Below, piece by piece: positions 22,301 to 33,533 of a DNA stretch of 64,000 nucleotides. The stretch's first letter is position 1. Every line of letters starts with the position of its first letter. The notes under the pieces were generated by a model, which saw nothing but the letters and a program-made list of their open reading frames with translations, was not told the origin of the DNA and searched no databases. Made by a program: the position numbers and the translations under genes. Source of the DNA: Phoronis australis (Eukaryota > Animalia > Phoronida); contig NMRA01000567.1 of assembly GCA_002633005.1 (NCBI GenBank), forward strand, positions 130,954 to 194,953. The letters run 5' to 3'.

Positions 22301-25300
22301 AGCCTGCAAAGCATATTCAACGTGGTCCATCTCTTCAACATAGTCACGGTAGTCAGTGAAGTAAGCTGAACGTTACATCACTCAAAGAGGCCAAAAACAT
22401 CAAAAGTCAGCGTCCCCTCTTGAACCGGGACAGAGGACTCCACATAACCCCCCCTCCCAGCATTCTTAACGAGTGAAAGGCGGGAAATCCCTCATCAATA
22501 AAGACCTGGCGGACCAGGTCGAAATGTCTGAAAACAACATACCACGTCTCTAAGTAAGTGACCTTCTTATATACTACAACTTAAGGATGTTTTACTGTGT
22601 GGCCAATCACAATGTATTCCAACAGGTTTAACATTTTTACAGAGCTTAAGAGCCATGTCTCATCAGTCCACAATACAGTTGAAACTTTTCACTTGAATCA
22701 CTCTAAGACTTGTGTCTGGGAAAACTAGCAATCAGAAAAGTATCCCAGAAACAGTTTTTGGTTTACTGCTGAACGATAAGAGCATTAATATTCATTGATT
22801 TCTCATACCCAGCTTATAATGAGGGTCAAAACAAACCATCATAAATAATACAAGCAAAAACAACCCAAACCTGTTTTGTTTAACTCTCCTTGCGGCACAT
22901 TCTAACAGAGACGGGCATTCAAGACGAGAAACAACATTAGTTGATTCATCTCCCAGTAACTGGTTAGCGAACATATCCAAATTATCCAGTCTCAGCTGCA
23001 TAAAGCTTGCTGGCAAAGTCTTCAACTGATTGTTTGACAACTGAAGGTAGCGAAGACTTAGCAGCTTGCCAAAAGCGGCAGGAAGCTGACTCAATTGATT
23101 GTCATCTAATTTAAGGTTCACCAGTGAATGGAGTCGACAAAACGTTGGAGGAAGACGTTCTAATCTGTTGCTTCTCAAGTCCAGTAGTTTCAACGAAGAC
23201 TGCAGACTGCCTAGAAACACGTTCTGAGGGATTTCTAAGATCTGGTTACTCGCCAAAATGAGATCGGACAGATTTTCCAGGCGACCAAAATCCCCGGGTA
23301 TAGTTGATATTGAGTTATTGCTCAAGTCCAGTTGCGTGAGATGTTGCAACTGAAGCATCCTTGAGTCAAAACGCTTGAGAGAGCAGTTGTTAACTTGGAG
23401 TGATTTCAAAGAACTTGGAAAACTCTTGGTCAGCGGGTAGTCCTTTCGGTGTTGGACAGCGAGGCGTGTTCGTAGCTTCTCCACTTGTTTATTGGTGGCC
23501 GGGGCGAGAGTGGACAGGGCGGAGCTGCTGACCTCCTTCCCAAGAGCACCCAGCTTGACCACATTGAGAAAACTCTTCAGTAATATAGGGTCAGCCTGAA
23601 AGCACAGGAAACTAAACACTAAAGCAGTTACACAAAGCGTTGATATGCGCCCTCAGTGAATCACACACAGCATGTTCTAAATGGCAGACTCAATAGACTC
23701 CAGGTGGCGCTAATGACTGAAGGTTTCTCTTTCAGACATCTGAACAGATTAAGAGCAGAAAGCAGGTGTTTACCTGAATACAACCACTTCAAACAAGATG
23801 GTGCCATGCTCAACTAGGGACACCTAGTGAGTTTTGAATTCTCATTCTGTTTTAGGCCAAAATAACAACAGAAAATGGATAACAAGGGCTATCTCAATAA
23901 TCGTCGTATCACTTAATATAAATTTCATGATGATCTTTCAAACAGTAACATAAGAGGACGTCAAAAGTAGACAACAAAATACTGAAACTGTCACTAGGGG
24001 GTGCACAACAAGGGCCCGGTCTCCAATCTCCATACCCAGACTCGTACTCATACTCGAGATTTCATACTCAAAATCGTGCTCACTGGAGTTTGTACTCAAA
24101 AAAGTGTATCTAATGTCGTATTTCGAGTAGACTCCAAACGTACTCAAATCTGACACTCATACTCGAGTTGCTATGGAACTCTTTATGATGTGAAATGCAA
24201 AATCACGCAAAGATGCGCTGATTCATCGCTCCCTATTGGAATAGACCACCCCAGGAACTAGGCCTACATTATCGTCTGCTGTCGCTACAACTACAAAATT
24301 GTGTCTATAACGTGGAATTCTGAGTGTTCTGTAACTGTTATTCATTTTTTAATTTCAATAAATATGCTTATGTCATTTCATTGATACATTTGGCAATTAT
24401 TAAGCTTTACTTCTTGAGTTCCTCACCCAGTCCCGAAAATGTCTTAAGAAATTTGTAACAGCTTATCACATCTCTGTTGCTAATTTAGTCTTGACATAAA
24501 ACCCATTGCTGTGTAGGCCTACGCTGATGTCAAACTTTCATACTGTATCTTGTATTTTACCGGGATGTATCAAGTGAGTTGACATTTGGCACATGAGTTA
24601 AAAAACAATACTTGTGCAGGCATTCAGAGTTCACCAGTGGCAGTGAACGGGATGAGACGTCTACTTAGAAATCGGCAAACAATATCTGGAATTCCATTTG
24701 GGGATTGAGGAATTATAGATGACTAAGTTATGATGAGAAATGTACCTGACAGGGAAGCGAAATTTTTTTAACTTCCCTCCCCTCCTCGTCTTTTGGAAAC
24801 CCTACAAAACGTAGGCACACATACCGAAATAAGGGCAGCACAAACTTCTCACACGACTTTTCCCACAACTGCTTTCGACGCTTGTTATGACTCACCGACA
24901 AGGAATTACAATGCGCCTGTTGCCAGGAATTGTAGAGGTAGAATGGCAGCCATAACATACAGTGATACGGCAGGTTAATAAGGTGAAGAATAAGAAGATT
25001 TAAGATGAAAACTATTATCTCTGAACTGAAATTGAAGTGCTGAGATACGGTAAGAGGACTTATTTTTCTTAGATTTGCTGTGTTTCTTGGTTCCCTTTCG
25101 ATATTTTGTTCTCTGGCTCGTATTTATTTTCGAGTACGATTTCAAGCACACTGCTATACCAAACTTGAAATTTGAGCATAGACTCCAACTTTTTACTCAA
25201 AATCGTACTCGAAATATAGATGAGATACACTTCAGTTCGAGTACACTCGAAAAATGAGTACGTGCTTGAAATTTCGAGTACAGATTTTTCTAGTATGACA

Positions 25301-27111
25301 CTGAATACACCAAAGGTGAGTCTGTACTCGAGTTGAGTATGAAGTGTGAGTTTGAGCATGACTCGAATCTGAGTACGGAGATTGGAGACCGGGCCAAGGT
25401 TGTAACTGTCCAAAATTGTCAGGTAAAACAAACTCCTAGATTTAAACAAATATTTCAAAAATCCGTCGAAGGGACATGACTGATGTAAATCACAAACAAA
25501 AAAATAAAATTGCAACATGCGGGCATAGTGGTAGCCAGATCACATCCAACAATGCCAGGGCACGTCCTCTGCTTGACAGAAACAGGTCTACAAAATTTCG
25601 TGAAAATCCTTCACATAATTTGGTATATAAAGGGAAGCCCAGAAAGAGATGCAACCACATAAAGACTAACAAGTTGCCATTTAGTACGTAGCAATAATTC
25701 AAAAACATTATTTAGTTACCAGTCACCACAACTGTCACAATTTTAGAAATCCCGAGAAACAGAAATTTGCATTATAAAGAAATTTTAATTTCAATTCCAC
25801 ATGTTGTGCTTGATAGCACAACAATGAACAAGAGGGGTTTTCAATTTTCATTAAAATTGTTTTGGTTTAAATCTGAAGTTTCAAATGAGATGCAATATTT
25901 CACCATGAAAAGAAACATCGATTAGCAATTTATATTCTACCTAGAACTACCAAAATGACCACATTCTATTCTTATATTCAGTGTCAAATAACCCATTAAG
26001 CTACACCTTTGGGACAACACAAAAACCAGCTCCCTGTTATGTTGTGATAGGTCTTCCTAGAAAGCTGTGTTCACTGAGGCAGTTCAATCTGTTTTTTGAT
26101 GAGCGAATTAAGTTTACAATTGAATTTTAATTTACAGATGTACTGTTAGTGTATTGATATGACTTACCTTACTTATTACTAAGTCATGCGGTGGCTGACG
26201 GAACCTGACTGTGGCTTTTCCCTCACTAGCAAACTTACTAAATATTTGCTCAATGTTGTTCTTCACCTGAAAACCGATTAAGTTAACTAGAACTAGCAAA
26301 CTACGATTTTTTCAATTGTTTGCTGCATAGAAGGAATTTACACACTTTGCATCAGGAATATTAGGTAAGTTATAACCGTGATCATTAAACTAGAATTTTC
26401 AACAAACTAGCTTCAAAGCGTAATGAATAAACTTCACTTGGACGAATCAGGTTTCTTTCATGGAATTAGAAGTTTCAAATCGAATTAGCTGACATTACCA
26501 GGGATATTCCTCGACTGCATCTTTGCCCCATTGCCACACGAAAAAGTAAAAAGCCGCAAGTATGTTGCAGCAGTGCACACCCCCCCCCCCNCCCCCCCCG
26601 GCACATCTTTTACATAACACAACAGTCTTCCAAAAATGCAAGATTCTAGTCAGGTAAAATATGACTGTTCTTATTTCTTTTTCATATGCTTATCACTTTA
26701 ACTACAATAAGTGTGCTGGGCACATCTTTTTGGAAGAAGGCACACTTTTATCATTATGTGAACCCAAGAGGAACAGGTCCAAACCTGGTCAGATATGTCC
26801 CTGCATTCCATTCCATTACCCTGTGCATTAACCGAAACTTAGCTTATCAACAATTAATGTCCACCTCCTTGACTTTCTCACTTCAAATGCCCTGTACTAT
26901 ACCAAGACGAGGAGAACATGAGACAAACCAGATATCTATTTCCATTGCGGTCCTTCGCTGTACACATAAGAAGGTAAACAGCACTGTCCTTGCCATTAGC
27001 GCCAGGCTTGTTACCCACTGACAGTTGAGTACGTGCTCCTTTACCAGGCTTCCTTACATTGAACGAAGGCAGCAGCCGATTGGACACATCAACATCACAG
27101 GTCAGCCTCAT
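19118..27111 (-). CDS. LRR1: Leucine-rich repeat protein 1 (PPIL5; CRL2 substrate receptor), complete, 4 coding exons, 419 aa
   Basis: MRLTCDVDVSNRLLP..GKGAR, NIEQIFSKFASEGKATVRFRQPP, KDYPLTKSFPSSL, LRR array, SLLECAAR (BC box), AKWCLCG, APMEAYLCS are collinear with human LRR1 as recalled. Exons 27111-26929, 26266-26168, 23595-22871, 19370-19118 are in frame. Confidence 0.95.
19866..21473 (-). mobile_element. Full-length diverged HINE copy in the last LRR1 intron
   Basis: Reverse complement of the family 3' end at 19866 (acaagagcaatgc..tgtgcccac) and of the 5' end at ~21473; internal units such as gtcactagggggcacca (~20215) and caccaccaggagacgcca (~20560). Confidence 0.7.
21669..22580 (-). 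mobile_element. Decayed, 5'-truncated Penelope-like retroelement (GIY-YIG endonuclease remnant) with an inverted terminal copy
   Basis: Frameshifted KPINTLRSLLVRPKD..CGVIYQLKC..RFKEH..AVGEH..TGH..RKLKEAINI..LNRDRG; arms 21701-21904 and 22381-22579 are reverse complements; flanking direct repeat TTAAGGATG at 21660-21668 and 22581-22589. Confidence 0.85.
22871..23595 (-). CDS. LRR1: LRR1 coding exon 3 (LRR array)
   Basis: tttcag| acceptor, AG|gtttgg donor; repeated LxxLxLxxNxL motifs. Confidence 0.94.
23900..25700 (-). mobile_element. HINE fragment split by the 24013-25395 MITE
   Basis: actgtcactagggggtgcac just left of the MITE; family-like aaatttcgtgaaaatcc and aagttgccattta to the right; boundaries approximate. 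Confidence 0.45.
24013..25395. mobile_element. Non-autonomous TIR DNA transposon (PIF/Harbinger-like termini)
   Basis: TIR GGCCCGGTCTCCAATCTCCRTACYCAGA with long imperfect subterminal IRs rich in ACTCGA/TCGAGT; 3-bp flanking AAG on both sides. Confidence 0.8.
26168..26266 (-). CDS. LRR1: LRR1 coding exon 2 (VKNNIEQIFSKFASEGKATVRFRQPPHDLVISK)
   Basis: ttttcag| acceptor, AAG|gtaagt donor, 99 nt; absent from the ORF track. Confidence 0.92.
26929..27111 (-). CDS. LRR1: LRR1 first coding exon (61 aa)
   Basis: ttttcag|G ATG start; CTG|gtttgt donor. Confidence 0.92.
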
Positions 27112-27267
27112 CCTGAAAACCAAAAAATGAGAGTAAGTTTCGAATGAGAACTGAATGGAACACTTCTTGTCTATCCTAGTGGCCACGATTCATTTGGGAT
27201 TTTAAAAACTGAGCATCCAAAACGGGGTATCCCTAATTCTCTGGCCACCTATGACCCATGCCATGAC

Positions 27268-29661
27268 CAGGGCTCGACATAACGAGCTGGAGGTCGCATT
27301 TGCGACCTGAAATTTGGAAATGCGAGCTGAGATTTTTGTCAGCTCGTATCAACTTGCAAAATGCGACCTGGAATTTTCAACGTATGCGAGCTGAGTTTTT
27401 ACACTTCTCGACAGATACCTGGCGAATATAAAGCAACTCTTGTGAATCCGACCGTTATTTGGTTGTTGCCAAATCCAAGTTCAAAAGAACACTAAGCGAG
27501 AACAACCCTCCCGACAACTTGTAAACAAGCCGCGTGAACATGGGATATGCAGAATCGATCTTTGACGCGTTTCATTGGCTAGCATTTTCGGCTACGTTTG
27601 TAAATTTTCGGATTCGTCAAAGAAAGTTTCGGGCCACTGCATAACACGTGAGAAAACATCACAAAAACAGCGGTGTTTCAATTATTAAGTGATCAACTTA
27701 CCAAACTTTGTGATGGAGAAATATGTTTATTTTTCGCGTAAGATGTCCTTATTACATGTACCAAATATCCACGACAATATATCCCTGATATCACACTGTG
27801 GCACTGGTCGTGACTTAGAGATGTGCGTCTCGTTTTTTTTTTATCGCAGAAGACAGCCAAAGTGAAAACGTCAACTCTATTAATCGCCAAACGACGGCCA
27901 CGTCTTTACTTTCAGATGCCTAGAAATTTCTCTAACCCCTTTATTTGTTTCTCGGGCTACGTGCGCGAAATATGATTTGCCATTCACACGTTGTTGCCAA
28001 CGTAAAGTCTAGGCCTACTACTGCAATTCAAGTGCGTGAACTCGTGCGTGCGCACCACTTCCAAGCTGCACATCAAAAGAGAACAGTGACAGTCCAAAAT
28101 GAAAGGGTATACCGGCTTGGCTCTGTTAAGCACCCGCGTACGTGCCAGTGGTTTAATTGAATATGAACTCATAGATTCCCGGCGGTTATAAAAAAACCCG
28201 ATGCTTTACGACATTCCCGGGTATCGATATAACCCAGAATTGATATTTTCCTGTGACGATGCATGCGCGCACCCAGCCTTCAATATGGGGGGCTCGTATT
28301 CCTAATGTTGTGGACCTTTTGGTAACAAAACAGCCGGCGGACTAAAAAAAAGCGGACGCACCACTCTGAATTGCGCGTTTGTATTTGTTTAGCGGACTTT
28401 TGTCTCGTTTTCTCAGACATTTTGTTTCTCACAGGCGGATCTTTGTGCCCACTTCGCCAAATGGGGGCCTCCTTCGAGCCCCCCTGGGTGCAAGCATGCG
28501 ATGCTCTCCGAAGTCGATGTTCTCTATATTCTATTCCCGTAGCCAGCTATTGCAACTAACCGGGTACTAGAGGCGACTGTGCTCACGTGCTCACGCACAA
28601 GTCTACTCCCTACCTTTGAAGTGTTTCATAATAAGCGCTCACTGACCTACTAAGTGTTCCCCCTCAACTTTTGAGAATTTCCAATTAAGCGCCCACATTT
28701 CAGGCTAGCGCTCATCACAGCGTACTACAAATGACCGCGCGTGGTTTAAAAGTGACACGCAGCCTGTATAGAGTGTCACTCTCATTTTACACAACAAATT
28801 CAAAAAGCGTCTTTTCTCAATATGTAAAAACCAATTCCCGGCTTTGTTTCATACCTCCGAAGGAAAGTTAACACTAGTGACGTGCGCGTCGTTTTGTGAC
28901 TGACTTATTATTCCCGCACTTGGAAGGTATTGAGGAGCAAACTCGAGTTAACCGATGGAAACCCGCATGGAGTCGGGAATTATTTCAAAGCTATTCATTT
29001 CATGGAAAACTAATTGTTGAGTACGTACACAGCATAAGTGTCACATTTTTGTTGTGAAATTTGCACTGAATTGTTCCCACGCATCCAAATACGTTATTTG
29101 GTTAGGGCATCGTTTCACGGATTTTTTTTGACAGATGTTTTTCAAACGTCGAGTTAAGTTGTAAAATTTGGGCTGCGAACAAAAAGTGGAGGGAATTAGC
29201 ACTCCGAGTTAGTTTGTGGATCTTTAACAACTTTGATGACACCCAGTAGCAGGTGAGAACTAACAAAATCGTGGATACTTTTTCAACGGGCATTTTCTCC
29301 CTTTTTACATTGAAAACTTAGCTACTCGAATGCACGTTTCAGTTAGAGAGCACTGACTCAACTTTCACGTCGACAACTTGCCGTGCGCTCTAGATTCTTT
29401 CAATGGCGGTCGTGAAGAACAGTAACGCCGTACCTGCATAAACGAACTCAATTTTGCAATCTGCAATTTGTGAGTGTTTAACGCATATTATTAATATAAA
29501 CATTTCTCGATTATCTAAAAAGTCAATTTTGGCGCGTAAAAATGGCAAGAAAATTTTGCGACCTGGCATTTATGAATGCGAGCTGGATTTTGAAAATGCG
29601 ACTTGGGATATTGGCTAGATCGCAAATTGCGACCTGGCGATTTTAATAGCGTCGAGCCCTG
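27268..29661. mobile_element. Non-autonomous hAT-like DNA transposon (2.4 kb) in LRR1 intron 1
   Basis: 11-bp TIR CAGGGCTCGAC/GTCGAGCCCTG; subterminal TGCGAC/TGCGAG repeats at both ends; 5-bp TSD ATGAC; CpG-rich; no transposase ORF seen. Confidence 0.8.
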
Positions 29662-30005
29662 ATGACAGTTGACGGAATTTCAAGACCCAAGGTCAAACTG
29701 GTGTTATGAGGTGTGTCACTGTGGAGACATGGGTCAGCAAGAGAATTTTCTTATCTTAAATCATTATAACTAAGACTGCATTTCACCCTGTTTGGCTGGC
29801 TGAAAACAAAAATTGAATGGCATCATTTACTCTCATAAAATTGTCTATTTGATAGAATGCTATTTGCACTACAAGACCAGAACACTGGTACTATCAGCGA
29901 CTCAAGAAAACACTTCAGACATTATTGGGGTTGGCCATCTGTAACAGGATATGAATGTGGTGCACGTATACATTGCCTTAGATGGTGTCACTGTCTGTAC
30001 GATAA

Positions 30006-30620
30006 TTTGATCAGTGTGAGGCATAATTTGCCAAAAAGTTCCCAGAGTTATAGGAGCATCACCTTCTCTAGACAGCGACTACCACTTCTAGCTGGCCCCA
30101 GTATAGACAGAAAAGCTCCCACACGGGCCGGAAGCTTTTTGGCGAATTATGCCTCACAGTCACACTGATTAAAACATCAAAGTCACCATTTGTGGATAGA
30201 GGGACACCTTAGCCCTAAGCGGGTGTCAATGTCTTTAATTCCTTCCAACTCCAACAAATGCTCGCATAATCAATTTTTTTCTTCGAGCACTCCTTCATTC
30301 AGCTGCCTAGGCAATGACCATCGCCTCTGTTGGCCCGAACTGGCGATGGTCATTGCCTATCAGCTGCCCAAATCAGCAACTGGCTATTTTTAACACCTGG
30401 TGGGTGCGGTAAACATCCGAGCCTGCGCAGTGTTAAAGTGTGATTCCGGCAACATTTGGTGGAGTTTGACGGAATTAAAGACATCGACAACCTTCTCTAA
30501 GGTGTCCCTGTATGAGCAAAAGGTTCTTCGAAAAACGTGACTTTGAATTTTAAACAGTGTGAGGCATAATTCGTCGAAAAGCATATGGCGTATGAAGCTC
30601 CTATGGAGGTTCACCTTCTA
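30006..30620. mobile_element. Rearranged MITE with three copies of a terminal motif; homologous fragment at ~45800-45945
   Basis: cagtgtgaggcataatt at ~30012 and ~30555, inverted aattatgcctcaca at ~30145; cagYtgcccRaatcRgcaactgg shared with ~45910. Confidence 0.55.
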
Positions 30621-30765
30621 CTGCCTACTGCCAGTACACTGTACAGGGCAGGGGCAGCTAGAGTGGTCACTGTCACTGACTGAGTCTGTTTACAACGTCT
30701 ATGACTCTACATTAGACTATGAAAGCGTTTAATACACTCAACAACAGCAACTTAATACTACTTAC

Positions 30766-30880
30766 GTGAAGGTGCGTGCTATAAACCTAAACAACCAACA
30801 CCCAAACACGTCAAAACCACATCTCAAACAATGAAGCAGAGAAAAACCACTGAGAAAAAGTTCACATTTTCCGCCAAATC
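30766..30880 (-). other. LRR1: Putative non-coding first exon of LRR1
   Basis: The LRR1 ATG is 1 nt after a 3' splice site, so an upstream exon is required. A strong donor CAC|gtaagtag at 30766/30765 lies next to promoter motifs. The upstream boundary is a guess. Confidence 0.5.
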
Positions 30881-31261
30881 CACATCCCGGAAGTGTTAAA
30901 AGTAGCCCCGAAAGGTGGCGCGTAGTAATCTGTAAACCCTGTTTCCAATAAGATAAATAGCTTATTGACTGTCTCACTGTCTGTGGCCGAAATTTGAAAC
31001 TCTTAAATGAAGCCAGCCAAAATCCTGACTAACAGTTTATTCGTCGTAGGTTGCACGATGATGCAAACCACTTCAGGACAACTGCACCGTGTCACCATAG
31101 TTTACGAACTATTTTATTGAAAGCTACACTCGACCATTACACTTATCAATTATTGATGATTCGTCATGTGTGTGGCAACACAAAACCTGGGTAATAAAAC
31201 TTGAAAACTATAGGCACTGCAGAACAGTGACAGTTGGGTGACCTTGAAACAGGATATCATC
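30860..31261. promoter_or_regulatory. Putative bidirectional promoter between LRR1 and KCNK exon 1a
   Basis: ETS/GABP motif CCGGAAGTG 30887-30895; E2F-like TTTTCCGCC 30867-30875; CHR-like TTTGAA near 30993; head-to-head gene geometry. Confidence 0.5.
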
Positions 31262-31442
31262 ATGGAACTTCTAGACAAGCAGACCATCCGAATGCTCGTC
31301 CTAATATTGAGCTATCTAATATTTTTGGTGGTGGGTGCAGCGGTATTTTCTGCTATTGAAGCGCCAAAAGAGGAAGAACAGATAAAAACGTTGAGAGAGC
31401 TCCGTCAAAGATTTCTCAATGACCACAGCATGTGCATTGAAG
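31262..31442 (+). CDS. KCNK1: TWIK/KCNK1-like K2P channel, first coding exon 1a (M1 helix, cap helix, cap Cys)
   Basis: SYLIFLVVGAAVFSAIEAPKEEEQIKTLRELRQRFLNDHSMCIE resembles TWIK-1 GYLLYLVFGAVVFSSVELPYE..LKRRFLEEHECLS; donor G|gtagtt, phase 1. Confidence 0.85.
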
Positions 31443-33228
31443 GTAGTTATTATAACTTCTTTTGAGTCAGTGATTTTCACCTGTATGCATGCCCCAAACA
31501 TAGGAAAGGGATGAGATGATTTTTTATTATTATTATTTTTAGTCACTTCTATATACCTCTGGGTGCAGGGATCCACGACTCTAAATTTCGCAAGCTCGCA
31601 CCCAGCCTGTAATATGGGGGTGCTCGATTTCCTGTCGAAGTGGAACTTTTGCTAACAATTAAGCGGGAGAGCCCAGCCCACCCCCCGCGCGCCTCCTCAG
31701 TGTCCTGGGCCCGCGTGCGCATGTTTCGTTACCGGTTTTACTAATTGTTTTTGACATCAAATCCTCTGGGCCTCCCTCTTCGTAACTCCTTGATCCGCTA
31801 CGTTGTTTTTGTTTCCACTGCTCATTTAGTCTCATCACTAGCTAGCTGCGGGTCATCCCGCTCCTTGCAACATGTTACATAATCAGCGGATTAATTCTTC
31901 AGAGTGGATATCAGTAATTTGCATACCATATGGTACCAAACTAATACTTCATCAAACACTTGGTCCGTTGTTATTGAGTGATATTTGTACCCAGCGCGTC
32001 ACTAGTAGTCCGATCATGACATCTCAGCCGGTCCAAAAATTAATGCCCCCGCGGCGCGATCCCGCCGTCCGCCAAACTACTAGTACTGAGTGGCCGCCGT
32101 GGAGCACTGAATTTCGGATGCCGGCAGGCCTACCTCATTTGTCTTGACCCAGCCGGTGTGTAGTATACGTACATCCCTTTAATTGTTGCCTGAATTCCGG
32201 CAGTGGGAGTCTCCCACAATAAGCCGAGTACGTAGTACAGCACTACAGCCACTAGTCAAGTCAAGTCATATTATTTATAATCGGTTTAGTGAAACAAGGA
32301 GAAAACATTAGCCATAGGCTAGTACACGGACAAAAATAAAGTCTTGTCCTAGATGATAAGAAATTTATGATCACGGTTATTTTTGCAACAGCTGACTTAG
32401 CGTCTAGGCTGAAGATAATGGTCATAATAAGCTTTTAAATGCGTCAACTGCGCTTCAAACTGCAGTTTAACTGAGTGACGTACGGACTCGGACGTGACTC
32501 TATCTGGACCGAGAATGAGACTTGCTAAATTTAAGCTGCTGGCTCCAGTCGGTTCCACGTCACTTTGGCTCTGTGTCCTAAATACGGTGGCACATGATTG
32601 AGATCCTCCACATACATGTAGCCCCTGAAAGTCTCGCCATGATCAACACTAAGACCACGAATGCCGTGTGTAGTGTTTGAACGCAATCGGTTAACCCCAT
32701 TGAAGCAGAATGCCGGGGTCAGCGTCGGTGTGTTTTAGTTCAAGCTTTACGAAACGCCCGGGAAGTTCTGTCCAAAACTCCTAGATAAGGCATGCTCAAA
32801 TGCAAACAAATGTGGAGGGAAATTGTCTGGTATGCGTTTTTCCCTGGCTTCACGGCACGCGCTGACATGCGGATCCTAGTGTGCGTGGCAACGCCGCTTT
32901 TGCTCTGATTTCAGCGAAACTTAAACCTGAAAATGAATAGGCCTACCCGGCAGCCAAATGGTTATTTGCCTTCTGCCAAGACAAGGCATCAGAATTTGTC
33001 CCTTGGTTTCAAAATTAAATCTAATCAATTAGTCTGGCGTAGCTCAATCATCCAATCGGTATAAGTGAACGACCATTGTCAAGAGTCCGCACATTTATAT
33101 GCTTGATTACCCTAAGGTCTGCGAAATATTCCTGAAATATCCATTGATGGAATAATCTTTTAGGCATGCTGACATCGGTTAATCACTCCCACTAATTCTT
33201 AACGAAAGCGTGAATAGCATATAGTGTC

Positions 33229-33533
33229 CAGGGGCGGATCCAGGATTTTAAGTTAGGGGGGCCAGGGCACAGGAATAACCAGAATTTCGCAGAATGCGCG
33301 CGTCCAGCCTAAAATTTAGGGATGCAGGGGTCTCGAATATTTGCGTTTGCGGACCTTATTACTAAAAAAACGGTAAACGAGGTTTGTTCAAGGCCCATGC
33401 ATTGTGCATTCGCCCCCCGAACCCCGTGGGTGCGCGCATATGCTACTCAGCTATTCGCACCCCGAACTCCCAAATGGTATCTGGGAGAATTTTAAGGGGG
33501 ACCATGCCACCCCTCCATATAAATCCGCCACTT
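33229..33533. mobile_element. hAT-like MITE (CAGGGGCGGATCC family)
   Basis: Termini caggggcggat/atccgccactt; 5-bp TSD GTGTC; related sequence at 41569-41730, ~31555-31730 and ~28260-28520. Confidence 0.75.

Noticed and set aside
25069-25518. 149-aa ORF here, and ORFs at 52292-52732 and 59264-59728, as possible transposases
   Set aside because: They lie in repetitive non-autonomous elements and show no DDE, HUH or RT motifs
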